Below, in pieces: positions 11,728 to 25,804 of a stretch of DNA of 64,000 nt. The notes beneath the pieces were generated by a model. The model made no database searches, was not told the DNA's origin, and saw only the letters and a program-made list of their open reading frames with translations. The stretch's first letter is position 1, and each line of letters starts with the position of its first letter. This stretch comes from Lepidodermella squamata (Eukaryota > Animalia > Gastrotricha). The stretch spans positions 3,286,001-3,350,000 of the forward strand of contig JBLDXI010000013.1 of the NCBI GenBank assembly GCA_047495785.1, read 5' to 3'. The translations under genes were made by a program, and so were the position numbers.

Positions 11728-14016
11728 TCAGTTTGAACCGGATTGCGGTTGTGGCGGCTGGTCGGTCGGCGAGTTTAGAGGCGCACCTGAGACTGACGGC
11801 TGCAATAACAAGGGATCAGCTGATCCTGACACAAGAAAATAATTGGGAGGCAAGTATTTGACTAACTGGGTTCCAGAGCCTCCTGTGCCAGCCTTCGATT
11901 GTCCATCGTCGAGTCCGGGGCTTGCGAGCGGCGTCGAGAGCGGCGACGGCAACGGTGAATCTAACTCAGGGAGCGGCTCATCAGCCGAAAAAAGCTGTTC
12001 GAAAAAAGACTCCATCTTGTCATCTTCGTCAAAACTAGGAAAATTTTGAGAAGTCTTCCGCCTTACGTCAGCTAAAAATTCATCATTAAAAGTAGCGTCC
12101 GCCTCTGGATTACTGTTCGAAAAATATGTGCGCAAATTCGATCGCAGTTGATCAAGGTCGAGTTGCATCGTGTCCAAATGGCTGTTGAAATCCACCCTAA
12201 GGCGAATATAGACCTTGTGTAAAAATTGGCCAGCAATTTTTGAGTCAAGTCAAAACTCACGCGTTGTTAGTGTTAAAGATGTGATTGGCTGAGCCTGACG
12301 ACGTGGATGACGTCGAGGGCGAGTCTTCGGCCGGCACCGGTTGGGGTTGGGGTTGCTGTTGTTGCTGAGCAGCAATCGGCAGGGGTATCACCTTAACCGG
12401 GGGTTCCAATGGGTGCTGAAACACAATTTGATCGTTATTGTTAAAATTTCGCGGAATTCTTACAGATTCCGGAAACTCAGAAGACGATAGCTCTTCAGTA
12501 ATTAGGCCATGCTCCAAATGATTCGTTAAATCTGCTTGCCTAGACGATTCATCGTCAACAATTTCAGAGATCGTCAAACCACCATTGCTAGAATTGTTTG
12601 ATTTCTGGATCAAACAAAGGTCAAAAACAATTATTTAAACTTCTCATTAAATTTCAATTCATTTCATTTAAAAAAATAACGTGCTGTGAGGCTTTGAGTA
12701 TACCGTCTATTAAATTACCCCCGCGTTTTTTGTTCGCTCTTTATTAATAGCGGCGCGCATCAGCGTTATTATTAATACTGTTTACTTAATTCAAAAAGGC
12801 ACTTATAGAGGGAAAAAGCAGTTAAAGCGGATCATGTTTCGTTTCACTAGTGTCTTTAATTTCACGCAAGACGAGTTGCGGAAGGTACAAGTGTGAAACC
12901 GAACACCTATTGAATTTCGAAGTTACGAGCCTGGAGCAAATATTAACCCACATTACATAGAAATTTCAAAATAAATGTGAAGAAATAAAAAATCTAGCAC
13001 GAACTGTTACCTGATAGTCAAACATTTTGCTGACTTTGGCCGGTGACTCATTGCGGTTAGCTGGCGCCCCGGACCGATCGGCTTCAATCATAGGGAAGGA
13101 TCGCTTGGCGGCTGCACCGACGGCATTCAACCCGGACGAGCCGTTGCTGCCGATGACCGAAACCAGGAAATTCACGACCTTAGAAATAATCGTCTGCTGA
13201 TTGTGGCACTTTTGCCGCAGCGACGCCATCTCCCGCCACAGGACCTCGTTTTCGTGGCGAAGTTGCTCCAACTGACTATTCACCGAGTCGTGCTTCTTGT
13301 GAAGCTGCTGGACGTCTGACAGGACTCGTATCGCCATCGGGTCGTTCTGAAGGCTGGTCGCCTGAAGCTGGGCTTGAGTCGCGATCTGCTGGCCCGTGCT
13401 CGGGTGAGTTCCAACCGTCGTTTTCCGCTTGATCGAGGCGACCAGGTCTGGCTGGCCCCGCAGAAACTGGGGGTGGTGGAACTCGACTGACGTCGATTCG
13501 GCATTCTTCACCGAGTACAGCGCGTTGTGACTTGGGTCATGGGAAATCTTGCTGAACCCATCTATAATTTGAACAAACAATTAACGATAAGATCCATAAA
13601 AGTAACCACAACAATTTCGACATTTGCTAAATTTTCAATACCCTAAATTATTTGTGTTTTCAAGTGTAAAGCTGCTAATTTTTGTAGAAATCCTGAAAAA
13701 AATTTTGATTAGCCACAACAGCTTGAACCAACATCCATACTCATCACTTCGACTCGTTTTGTTGACTCTAAAAAGTTGAAATGAATCAAAAATTTTGCAG
13801 GCCTTACTTACACATATTCAGCTGGCGAATAAAACTCGCCATATTGTTGTGCTTGTAAAATTTCGGCAAGATCTCCATAGAAAATCGCGCCTGGTCGTGC
13901 ACGATAAAACTATTGCCGTCTTCACTCCATGAAATTATCGCGGCATTGGCCTGATCCTCCAGCATGCTCCACAATTTGTGAAGAAACGAAGCAACAACAT
14001 ATTGCCGCTCGAGCAT
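11728..14016 (-). CDS. HSF1: Heat shock transcription factor
   Basis: HSF DNA-binding domain FLHKLWSML...ISWSEDGNSF...[24 protein letters not shown]; HR-A/B (LRHENEVLWREMASLRQK...IISKVVNFL); HR-C-like (FNSHLDTMQLDLDQLRSNL); four exons. Confidence 0.95.
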
Positions 14017-14183
14017 GGTTAAAAATAAATATTGTAAATGACTAAAAAATAAATAATAAATAATTAATTCAAAAGACAACAAATTCATTCTTAGCAAAAA
14101 ATAAGAGGAAGATTCATAGTCTTCAGATTCAACATTCCAAGCACAAAACAGAAAATGTGAAGAGAATAGCAGTGCACATTTTG

Positions 14184-14901
14184 TCAAACATAAAGATCGC
14201 TTTGAGCGTGTAAAATAACTAGAACTTCTTTGTGAGCCTTCATAGGATCATTGTCGATCACCCAAGCGCGCATTGACAGGTAGAAGAAAATAGCACACGC
14301 CCAAACAAACGCGACAATAAAGACTGAGTATAATGGTAGATTGCTGCCGTGCTCGTCAAGTGTCACCTTGAGGTAGCCCGGCAAGTAATTTATGTCTGTG
14401 ATGTTATCCGGAGGCCAGACCGCGGAACAATAAATGCCAGTATCTTCAATGGTCACGTTCTCAATTATCAAAGTCAAATTGTCATCTTCGATATGAAATC
14501 GCCTAAAACAAAATAATTAACAATGAAATGAAGCTGAATCGATAAGACTTACCCTGTGTCATTTAGCTGATGTATTGGTATCAAATTATCATCGGGGTTG
14601 CAAATTTGTATGTCATAACTGAGACTAGATAATTCACGGGTAATACTTTCCTTAAACCAAGCGGCTTCATAAGGTATGCCTAAGCACAAAAATTAAAACC
14701 AATTTTTAATGAAAATTTGAATAACCCACCATTTATTCCTATCTCATCTTCCTCTTCGTCGAAGTAAACCTTGTACGTAACAGTCGGTCCTGCGTAGACG
14801 GAGTACTTGTTTACTTCCATCATACGGCATTGTCCAAGATTCCGAGTGAGACAAACAATATTGAATACCAACAGAATAATGGTGTATAAAGCTTTTTGCA
14901 T
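14184..14901 (-). CDS. Type I membrane protein with a single Ig-like domain (paralog 2)
   Basis: Three coding exons: signal peptide; AAWFKE; LTLIIENVTIEDTGIYC...GYLKVTLDEHG, then TM and a short tail. Intron phases match paralog 1. Confidence 0.75.
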
Positions 14902-15186
14902 TTGTCACCGGAACACCTATGAAAGATAGAAATAGATTGACTCGACCGATGCAAATAAAAAGATTATTACGCTCTCCATAAGGTGGATTTTGGCTGCTTC
15001 AAAGCATTCGGTTATTGTTTATAACAATCTAAAATAACATAAGGGAAATCATGTTTGACAATCTTTTATAATCATAATAACATAAATCAATCGAATTCGG
15101 CAGCGAAAGTTTCTTGAATAAGTGATCGCTCATAGAGATTAAAGTGCACCTATCACCATTTTTTAAGCTCTTGGAGCTGCATTAAT

Positions 15187-16275
15187 TTACTTGGAACCGT
15201 TTTCATACATCGGATTGCACTTGCATGGCTCGACTAGATATCTGGAGAAACGCTTGATATCTTCTGCGCCGCGAACCTCGTTTTCCAAAAGCGGCAATTT
15301 CACTACGTGAAAATCTTCCTCGTACAGGTCGGCAATGTTACCAAGGTATTTGTTCTGGAGGCGATTTCGAGCAGCACACATGCGACAAGGTCTGCAGTTG
15401 GGGTCACTATGTTCATCATCAACGAACAGGAGTTGATTTACTATGATATTGCGGACGTCAATGTGTAGGTGCGTCAGTTCTTGAACCAATCGCTCAGTTT
15501 CATATAGAGATAGAAACTCGGCAATGCAAACGCAAACAAATGTTGTCTTTGACGGATCTTTGAACTGCTCGCTAACTTGGCGAATTAAAGGGAGAAGGCC
15601 TTCGAGGCGAGACATCATAGAATCTGAACTGAAACCTTCCATTCCCAGGAATGACGATATTTGATTGATGAAAGGGGCGAATTGATTTTTAACACGAAGC
15701 AGCTTTCCCAAACCATTTTCGACAGTATTGGGGAAATTCAACAAGCGTAAAGTATGACCAGTTGGTGCTGTGTCAAACACAACGACGTCGAAGTCCAATG
15801 ATCTCACAAGATTCATGACTTCGGTATAGCTCATGGCTTCGTCAATACCAGGAAATGTGCTCATCAATTCACCCATCAACTGCTTGCCTTGCTGAAGCAC
15901 GTCTTCCTCGCCAAGCACGTCGTCAGATATTCCAGCTATTCCAGCATTCGGGTCTATTTCCATAGCAAATAGGTTGTCGAATCCTCTTACAGCCTAACAA
16001 CACATCAAACATGATCCTATAATCAATGCATACAATTGAAGCTAACTCACGGTGGGCTGTTTAGTGAATTTCTGCCCGAATGCATCAGAAATGTTATGAG
16101 CAGGGTCAGTTGAAATGAGAAGGACGTTTCGCCGAACGGAAGAAAGTAGAACAGCCAGACTGCAGCTGCAAGTTGTTTTCCCTACGCCACCTTTACCGCC
16201 TACGAAAATCCATTTCAGGGAAGTCTGATCGACAATATTCTTCAGCGTTGGTTCCAGCGGTTGAGCTTCAGCCAT
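15187..16275 (-). CDS. ASNA1: GET3/ASNA1 ATPase
   Basis: [52 protein letters not shown], CxxC; one intron at about 16048-15994. Confidence 0.97.
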
Positions 16276-16673
16276 TATGCAAGGAACTTATGGTCAAAGA
16301 GAAGATGAAAATTGCGAGGTAACTAAATAAGGTTAAACTTCAGTATAAGCTAAAAAAAACACATGAAGCTTGGAGGGTATGTTTACAGACAGCATACTAC
16401 CTTACGTCATCGAACCATAATGCGGGCGTCCCAAACTAGAATTTCATTCGATCTTTGTTCAACCCATTAAAACTCTAATAAAGTGCGTTAAACTAAAACT
16501 TTTCGAAATTGTAATATTTTGACAAGTTGAAAATGGCAAAGCTACTGATTTTAAATGCCGTTTCTCAGTTTGCGCGAAATGCAAAAAAGGTAAATCCTTT
16601 GCCCCTCACGTGATCCCCCATACCTCTTGCTCATACGTGGTTTATGGCATTGAAAAGAATTTCGTCGGCTGTG
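16276..16673. promoter_or_regulatory. Probable bidirectional promoter between ASNA1 and SAC1
   Basis: Head-to-head ATGs about 400 bp apart; contains TTACGTCA (CRE-like, about 16402) and CACGTG (about 16607). Confidence 0.55.
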
Positions 16674-18686
16674 ATGGCAACGTTAAACTCGGTTCACACG
16701 AACCTCAGGCTGTAAGTTTTTAATAAAATTATTGATGTTGATCAAATTAAACCTGTGCTGTTTGATAGACATAAGACTCCAGAGAAATTTTTCATCGAAC
16801 CTTATTTGTCTGGAAGCAATGAATTGGTCGTTATCGATCGACGTACCGCTCAGCTAAAGCTTGAATGTAAACTACTGCTTTTTCGTATACCAAGTTTTAT
16901 GTTGCATTGTTTCTTCAGCACCGGGTAGTCTGATTCCATCTACCGCCGATGTTCAGGAGGTTTTAGGAATTTTTGGCGTTGTTAGACTAATAGCAGGTAC
17001 GTGCATGTGATCATCCAATTTTGCCTCTGTTCATGAAATTTTTTGAAGGTCCGTACCTGCTGGTCATTACAAAGCATGAAAAAGTCGGCGAAATAAGTGG
17101 TCATTCGATCTTCCGAGCGGTCGAAATCGATATGCTTCCATATGTCAACTCCCTGAATCATCTCAGCCAAGAAAAGGTAGCTTGATTACGAAAGTCTGAC
17201 AGCTTCACGAACATTTTCTGTAACATAGCAACTGGATAATCGCGCATATGTATCGCTCATCGAGAGCCAAGTGAAAACCGACCCTCTACAGTTTTATTAC
17301 TCGTACACGTTTGACTTGACTCACACTCTTGAGCGGGTGGTCTCGGCTAGTGCTGATTTCCACTCTTTACCGCTGCATGAACGAGCAGATGAGCGGTTTG
17401 TATGGAATAGGCACTTGTTGCTGGAGTTCACTCAGCAGCGAGAATTAGCGCGATATTGCCTACCGGTAATGCATGGCTTCGTTGGAATTCAGACCGCCAT
17501 TATTAACTCGAAACCATTTTTATTCGGTTTAATTTCTCGTCGATCATGCTATCGAGCTGGAACACGCTATTACATGCGTGGAGTCGATCTCCAAGGTCAC
17601 GCTGCCAACTTCGTCGAAACGGAGCAGATAGTTCAAGGCAGGGGACAACTAATGTCCTACGTTCAAACCCGAGGCTCGGTCCCACTCGGATGGAGCCAGT
17701 ACCCTGATTTACGCTACAAGCCCCCTCCGTCATTCTGGAACGATCGCGACCTTCAAGCCCAGGCTATCAGGCGTCATTTCGAGGATCAAACATTGCGTTA
17801 TGGTCGGCAGGTTGCTGTTAATTTGGTTAATCAGACTGGCACTGAGTCGAAGGTTGGAAAGTTTTATCTTGAAATGTTATCGAACATCGGAATCCCTGGC
17901 GTGAAAGCTGAGTGGTTTGATTTTCATCATATTTGCGGGACAACGAGATGGCACCGCGTCCAAGAATTGATCAGCCGAATGGCTCCAGATCAGGACGATT
18001 TCGGTTATTTCCACTTACTCAAAGACGGCACAGTTGAGCGTCGCCAAACCGGCGTCTTTCGCACTAATTGCATGGACTGTTTGGACAGGACAAATGTTGT
18101 CCAGTCAGAATTTGCGATGCGCATTCTTAACGAACAGCTTCAAAAGCTGGGCATTCTGGATCCTGGTCTCGATGTTCGTACTCATGAGGGTTTTTATCAG
18201 ATTTTCCGTACGCTGTGGGCAGACAACGGTGACGCTTGCTCGAATCAATACGCCGGAACCGGAGCGCAAAAAGTCGACTACGTTCGTACTGGTAAACGAA
18301 CGTTAACCGGTCCTCTTAATGACGGCTACAAGGGCTTGATGCGCTATGTTAAAAACAATTTCTTGGATGGGCAACGACAAGATGCGATTGATCTAATGCT
18401 TGGTAATTACTCTGTTGACGAAGAGTTGCAGGACAGCCGGGTCGGTTGTAGCCCGTTGCGGATGCCGAAAAGTTGGCGTTATGTTGTGTTACCCATGGTT
18501 CTTTTGTCCGCCTCGGCCATGTTTACAATCAGCTTGATTTTACCGGCGGAAGACCCTTTTTGGCAAGCTATCGTTTTGCTGTTTTGGGCCACGGCTTGGC
18601 TGATTACGATGATGTTGATCCTAAGCCACGGCAAAGAATTTGTCGATCGGCCGAAACTGGCCTGGCCAAAGCACAAAATTGACTGA
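16674..18686 (+). CDS. SACM1L: Phosphatidylinositol-4-phosphatase SAC1
   Basis: MATLNSVHTNLRLHKTPEKFFIE N-terminus over short exons; ISRRSCYRAGTRY; RTNCMDCLDRTNVVQ catalytic CX5R motif; two TM helices; C-terminal KHKID retrieval motif. Confidence 0.96.
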
Positions 18687-18947
18687 TGTGATGCTTAGCT
18701 TAATTTCACCCTAGAAAACAATTTGCGTGCTTTTATTAAATTTTTTGCTGCGCTGAGCCAAATTTATGGCACTAATAATTTTGCCTATTATTGTATCGGA
18801 ATTGATCGGTGAGTGTTAACTACTACGGTTCGAATAGATGATTTATTGAAAACTAACGATTCCTGAAAAATTGGTGCAAAGTAAAACGGACTGTGAGCAG
18901 TGAATTCTTTGTTTTCTTAGGTTCAATTTTCCGTTAAATTTGACTTT

Positions 18948-20412
18948 ATGGCCCGGAGTTATGATGGGCCGCCGCGTTATCCGTTACATTCAGCCATAGG
19001 TAATGGCGCCTACGGAAATGTCTACAAGGCCCATGACCGAGAATCGGGAGCTGTAGTCGCGTTAAAACAGGTTCGAATTCGGCGAACAGACAACGGCTGC
19101 CCGGCTAGTCTTTTACGTGAAGTAGCTGCGCTAAAACGCCTTTCGGCTATCAATAACGATAATCTAGTACGGCTACTCGATGTTTGCTACGTTCGTGAAA
19201 CCAGTAATTTGTACCTGGTTTTCGAGCATTTGGATCTCGATCTCGCTACTTGCCTTCAGAACCCGGACAAGGTCAAATTTGCTAAACCACTCGATCCTGC
19301 ACAGGTATGTTTCGCTTATTCGTTTGATTGTTTCGAATTTCGGGATTTATTTTAAGGATGATTAATAATTTTCTCTGATATTTTTTCAGGCTTTCAGACA
19401 GTTAATGCTAGGACTAGTGCATCTGCACTCTCACGCACTACTCCACCGCGACATTAAGGTGGGTAAATAACGCACTTGATAGATGTTTAATGACTCAAAT
19501 TACGTGTAATTACAGCCGGCTAACATTTTGCTGAGTAAACCTTATGGTCACGTTAAGTTGGCCGATTTCGGCCTAACTCGCGTTTACACACTCGCCTGCT
19601 GTCTGACCTCTGTTGTCGTAACTTTGTGGTACCGCGCACCTGAAATTGTTCTGCGAACTGACTACGGCACTCCGATTGACATTTGGAGTTGCGGCTGTGT
19701 CCTAGCTGAAATGTACCTGCAAAAGATGCCGCTTTTCGCCTCAGAAACAGACAGCGACGTTGCTCAATTAAAAGCAATTTTCTCCACAGTTGGCCTGCCA
19801 ATACGCGACGAATGGCCTGTAGACGCTGTTGTACCCTACGACTCTTTCTCAACTTGGTACAACACGAATCGTTTGAGCCTTGGCGAAAATGAAGAGAGTA
19901 AAAATTCGGAGGATGGAAATGACGATAAGTTGGACAGTTCAACCTATGACTGTTTTGAGGTGACAAATTTATCTCGTCGTCTTTCGAGTATTCTACCGGC
20001 ATCAACCCCCGAACTAGCGATTGATCTCATCGCGAAGTTATTGTCTTTTGATCCGACTCGCCGCCTTAACGTTTTCGAGGCGTTGAATCACCCTTTCATT
20101 AGTCAAACTTCAACTTATCATGGTTTGAATTGTAAACATTGCTCGCAACCAATCACGACTGATTCTTCTGAATCGTCGCAAGTTAGCGCTGTTGAGGAGA
20201 AAGAGAATGAAAACGAGGAGGATGAGTCCAAATCCGAGGCTGATGAAAATGAGGCCGAAAAAGTGGATGAGCCGAAACCAACTCTGCCGGTTCATCATCG
20301 ATTGCCGACAATTTTACGCCAGGGTAAGCGGAAATCAACCTCAGGCGATCTAAATAAATCGAGTGAAATCAAGCGGACGCCGGTGGGTGATGAAAACAAT
20401 AATAAGGAGTGA
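18948..20412 (+). CDS. Cyclin-dependent kinase, CDK4/6-like
   Basis: GNGAYG, PASLLRE helix, LVFEH hinge, HRDIK|PANIL, DFG, LTSVVVTLWYRAPE; exons 18948-19304, 19391-19458, 19516-20412. Confidence 0.88.
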
Positions 20413-20897
20413 AGCTTGGTTGGCGCCACTCCAAAGTTTCTGAGTGATTTTTCTACTCGCATGTACAACAAACAAGTGCTAGGTGTGGCTTGAATCTCAT
20501 TTGCATTTCGCGTGCTGGTCTATTTAGCGCTGCGTTGTACACAACTCGCGCGCTTGTTGCTGACTGTTATTTAGGCTTTCGTTTATCATTACTACTATCA
20601 TCTATTATCAACTACTATATACAACGAAGAACGAGTTTTTCTAGGTGAACATTTTCGGTGATCCCTTTCATTCTATACCATCTTCTTTCAGTCTTCTTTC
20701 ATTTTTTCTGCGCATGCCAAATTTTTGCTAAATAAAATTTGTATCTCAATTTTTTTTGTTTCCGATTTAGTAATTTTAATATATTAAATTGTTTTTGTTA
20801 TTGTTGAGAACCGGAATTCGATTTGAAATATTCGAGAATCTCGCTAGACAAAGCATAACTATTAACGATCTGAGAACTCGAGAATTTCCATTTTTGC

Positions 20898-22703
20898 ATG
20901 TCGAGCGTAACAGACCAGACGCTCGTAAATTTTCTGAATAGTGTCGGAGGCCAAACCACATACTCTCAATTGCGGCATAAATTTTCGTTCTTCTTGAACG
21001 ATACTACAAATAGAGGTAATATCCATTAACATTTCTTGAAAAATAATTATCAAGTTTTTTCCAGATGTGAACCGGCAAAAATTCAAGGACTATTTGAAGA
21101 AAATAGCCACTATTACTGCACAAAAGGATGGCGAGAAAATTTTGACTCTCAAGGAGAAATATCGGACAGTAAAAAATGCGGATACCCCTAAGGCGGCGCT
21201 TAATTCAACTGTTCCCGCCTCGAGAATAACCCCATTTGAGATATCGAAAGATTCTGGGTTTTCTCAATCATTTTCGCAATTCCAATCGACTGGTGAATCT
21301 TCGAAAAATGATCTTGCGTCAATTTTACATAAAAAATGGCTTGTTGCGATGGCGAGCGGTGACATTGAAGGAATGAAATCTCTACTCCAGGAGAAGCCAG
21401 AGTTGATGGATGATACAGATTCTTCGCTTGGATTTACGGCCATGCACTGGGCGGCTCTATCAGGAAATTGCGATGTAATCGAATTCCTCGCTTCGAATCT
21501 GAAAACAACTGAATCTCTTAATCGAATCAGTCGCGCTGGGTTCACTCCTCTTCATGTGGCGTACATGCATGTAAGCTAAAATTATGGAAAAAATATCTGA
21601 ATAGTCCCTCAATATTAGGGAGCGATTTACAATTATTAAGGAGGATTTTTTTCGTTTTTTTCAGAATCGTGTAACTGCTGCTCAGCTTTTAGAGAGAAAA
21701 GGTGCTGACACGCAAGCTGAGGACTTCAGTTGCCGCACGCCCGCGCATTACGGTCGTTTACTTCGGAACGCCAAAACTCAGCCCGACGTATCGCCAACAT
21801 CGAGTACTGGCCGCAAAATATCAACCCTCGAGAAAATGGGTAGAAATGCGTCTCAATTCGGTAAGTCCCAATGTCTACTTTAGAATCAACTTGAGGATCA
21901 TGGATAACCCACTTTGAACCAATACACCCATTTCAATCCATCATCATTTTTCACCATCAGGTCGTAACCTTTCGCTGTGTTTGAGACCTCGCTTCAACAT
22001 GTTTACCCGAACCTTTTGTAACTTCATACCCAGATTCATAAATCGTATGGTTTGATGCGACTTACTCAATAGTAGACCAGTTTTTTTCATAATTTTTCTG
22101 TTGGGCTGAATGAAGAGAAGCTACGTGAATGACCTGTCACTTTCAATTTGTAGATAATTGATTAGATTCGTGGTTTCATTTTCATTTAATTGTGTTTAGT
22201 TGATAATAACCCCATTTTTCCCTTTTCTTTCCCCTTCTCTCGACAAATGTAGCGTCGAAAATCCGCGACAAAGTTCGATCTATTTCCTCGTCTCATTCTT
22301 CCATCGATTCAATACCATCGTCTTGTTCTTCGGCTGCTAGCTCTCGACACCTCAATTTGCGGCCAGGAAGTGGTCATTTCGACGGGTTTAGTAGCGATAA
22401 AAGCAACCGCTATCTTGACACCGACAGCGCCAGAAATGATCCACGCTTCATCCGTGGACTCAGTTCGAGCAGTGGCGCGCTCAACTCGAGGATGCAGCTT
22501 ACACCGCATCTGGCCATTACAAACTTTCTTCAGCCTAAATCAAAGAGTTCGGAACTTAGTCCGCCGCTTCAAGAGCATAGGTAAATTTCGTAGAGTTTTT
22601 CCAATTTCCGAGTATTTTATTGTTCTCATTTCCCAGGCGGAAATCGACCGAGTTGATGCCTCCTCCACCGCCACCTCGACCACTTACCAGCAGCCGAGTG
22701 TAA
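20898..22703 (+). CDS. Ankyrin-repeat protein, SOWAH family
   Basis: N-terminal LVNFLNSVGG...RQKFKDYLKKIAT...DGEKILTLK SOWAH-type domain; KKWLVAMASG; GFTAMHWAA and GFTPLHVA ankyrin repeats; five exons in frame. Confidence 0.8.
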
Positions 22704-23151
22704 TGCATATCACTTAGTGATAATAATCTAGTATCGCCTGTAGGATGTTGACGAAAGCTGCTCAGACATTCCAAATCGTGCTTGCTGCTTTTTGTACTCT
22801 TTTATATTTTAATTTCTGATGATTTGATTGTTTCAAAAAAGTAATAACCGTAAAAAATTAATAAAACTAAAACGAAGGTTTCAAAGCTAACGTTTGTTTT
22901 TATTGTTACTTGACACATCTAATATAATATATTCCTTATACACGCGGATTCCGATTATAAGATACTGGTGACACATAACTCAAGTGCTGTGCATGTTAAT
23001 CAATCGACGGATTGCCTCTCCCGTGAGATGGCAATCAGTAGAACGAAAAACGCTAAAATTTTCTGGCACAGCGAAGCGTCCAGTTTGACAGAGATCAATA
23101 AGTGTTTCCGGATGTTTCAGGTTCACACACACACTGGATGGATAGGCGTCG

Positions 23152-23497
23152 TTACTCAGCCGCGTAGTTTTGCACAACGATCATGATGTATTCCTTATCT
23201 GAAAATCAGGATTTCTAGAATTGCACGAGTAAGTCAAAGGCAAAAGTTACCTGGCGCCACCATGATCTCGTGCTTCTTTGACCGAATACGGAAGAAAGTA
23301 AGATCATTTTGGGGGTCAAGTTCTCTTACGACCCCTCTTGTCTTGAGTGCCAAATTGTGAATGAGGCTTCCGTAGTGGGTCGAGGTTTGGTTGTCCATCG
23401 TAGTACGAATCGGGATACCATCGTTGTTAATAATGATGATTCCGATCACTCCTTTGTGCGCTTGAATTCGCTTGATGGTTTCTTCCACTTCACTCAT
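23152..23497 (-). CDS. DYNLRB: Dynein light chain roadblock
   Basis: [19 protein letters not shown]...[22 protein letters not shown]|[11 protein letters not shown]; intron 23250-23199. Confidence 0.97.
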
Positions 23498-25770
23498 TTC
23501 TTGCCAGCAAAATAAGTCCTAAGAAAAAATGCAGACTGAATCATTTTCCTTTAAACGCGCAGTAAAAAATTCGCAAGACAAGAGCACGAGTTTGTTCTTG
23601 TAGTACGGCTCGGACAAGAAGCAGAAATTTGGCTAATTTTCTTGCCAAGATCAACATCCATCACTATTGTACCGAAGTCATCAAGAGAACTTTAAAATAT
23701 GACAGCTACAGCAAATAACAACAATTATGGCGTTGCAGTGGTTCTTGCAAATTCATTCAATAACATGGTGTTTTACTACTGTTCAAAAGGTTTTAAAATC
23801 CTGGGAGTAAAACGACAATAGTGTAAGAAGTAGAATTTGCCTAGCACCCACACTGCAAGAGTGCCTCAAGTAGGTATGACTACAGGAAAGCACGTCCCTT
23901 AAATCAGTAGCACATAATTTCTAACATCAGCTGACTTTTTCAAGCAGGCGCAATTAGAACAGACGCCGAATGAGGTAAATAAAAACAAAGTGCAAAAGCA
24001 TCAAGTAATTATTACGATGCGGGCTCCAAAGACGAGGTTGAATTCCTATGAGAGATGAGAGGTGATTTTCATGTTCGGATCTTCGACAATAATAAAATGA
24101 AACTAGAAATGAATCAAGATGGTTCCGTTCTCAGTGTTTTTGCTGAATTCTTGTAAGATAGCACTGGCATCTATATAGCTGGCAATCCGTAGCTTAGCTG
24201 TGACACATGATAAACTGATGAGAAATAGCAGAGAGCGCGAGGGGACTAGGTGAGCATGAGGGCAGTGGAGCTATGTACTCAATGGAAATTCGGTACCAGT
24301 GGCTCGTAATGCAAGAGGTAGTCGGTAGTACGAAATGCAATGGTTTGTGCTTTCAGAAGAGTATTAACAGCCACCCTTGGCACAAAGGAGCAAAGATAAT
24401 CTCTGACTGTGATGGTGGTACCCGGAACGTCGTCTAGTGGGGATGATGCTAGAGGCTGGTTGCCGTTAAACTCTGTCAAAAACTGCGGGCACGCGAGACG
24501 ATCACCTCGATGGATAGTCTACGCCTTCTCGCTTTCTCCCAACAAACTTGGCTTCAACGCGAGTGGTGAGCGCATCGCAAAACGCAGAGGAGGACGGGAT
24601 TCATCGTACAACTAAAAAAATTTAATCAGAATAGACTCGTGTGCTAAGATAACATAATAGATGGATGTCGTGCGACTTAAAATGCGACGAGTTCAGCCGT
24701 TAAGCAGAAATGATTACGAGCGAAAAAGCATTATCAACGTTTTCCAAAAATACATGGTTGCTACGTATAAAATTTTAATAAATTTTTATCACTTTTGTGA
24801 ATTTTTAAACAACTTTGATTATTTATTAACAATAAATAATGCAAGGTCATGCGGCATTACATTCGTTTAGACGGAAGCTCAGCCGGGCTCAACGTTTGCG
24901 ACCGCGTTGATGATTAGGCGGGCATTTTAGCGAGGTTCCTTTTGCTAATGTTAGAGTTTTCTACACGTGTTAACGTAGAATAATTATTGAGTTAGGGGGT
25001 AGGTAGGGTACCTACAAGCCAGGCGCCGAGAACGACTAAGCGACATGACCATAAGGTCAGCGTAGTGGCTAGTCAGTGGCTAGAAGTCCGATAATAAACT
25101 TCCGAGAGGACTGTACTGGCTGCGCAGCCCATCTGTTGAATGCTTCTAAACAGGCCTGACTGAGAATGACGACAAAATATTTAGATGTTAGTTCCTCTGA
25201 GCATTCCGACCTTTAGAGGAGTATGTCCTCCCACGTCTAGGCTCTTAAACGGTGGCTACAGGCGTATCCGTGTCAGAGGCTCGAAATCGAAGAAAGTCAA
25301 AACCTTGCTAACCGAACCCAAGTGATAATACTTAATTTTAATTGATCGCACTTCTAAGGCAGGAAGGTTGAAGGTTGTAGGAAGGGTCTAAGGTTGACGG
25401 TGACTCGGCGATAATCGGCGGCCCTAATGTGAACTAGTGAACATGCTGAAAGGGACGATGGCGGATTCTACCACGATGGATCGATACCTCGCCCACCATG
25501 GAGCTGCTGTTAGACAGTCTAACGATACGCTCAGCTACCAGTGCTGACCGACATGATGCCGACAGTTGCAGGAGTTTAGTACAGTAAAACCAAAGATCGT
25601 GAACTCCCGGGATTCCAGAATTTTAATTCGCGTCAAGACGAGGTTCACACTCAATAAAGGATTTTACACGTAAAATCAAAGCCCGTTACGCGAATCCCTG
25701 TTTACAGCATAGCTTATATTTATGGTAAGTAGAGTTCACGATCATAAGTTTCACCGAATACGTACGTGCG

Positions 25771-25804
25771 CTAGTTTTTTGCAGTGGCCAGCCGTACGGC
25801 TGGC
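25771..25804 (-). mobile_element. Possible Helitron 3' terminus
   Basis: Perfect 18-bp GC-rich palindrome GCCAGCCGTACGGCTGGC (25787-25804), followed on the minus strand by 12 nt and CTAG; the next base is C rather than the expected T. Confidence 0.3.

Noticed and set aside
24279-24479. GTTITVRD resembles a MutL/GHKL ATPase motif
   Set aside because: The match is isolated, flanking frames contain stops, and no other MutL motifs are present.
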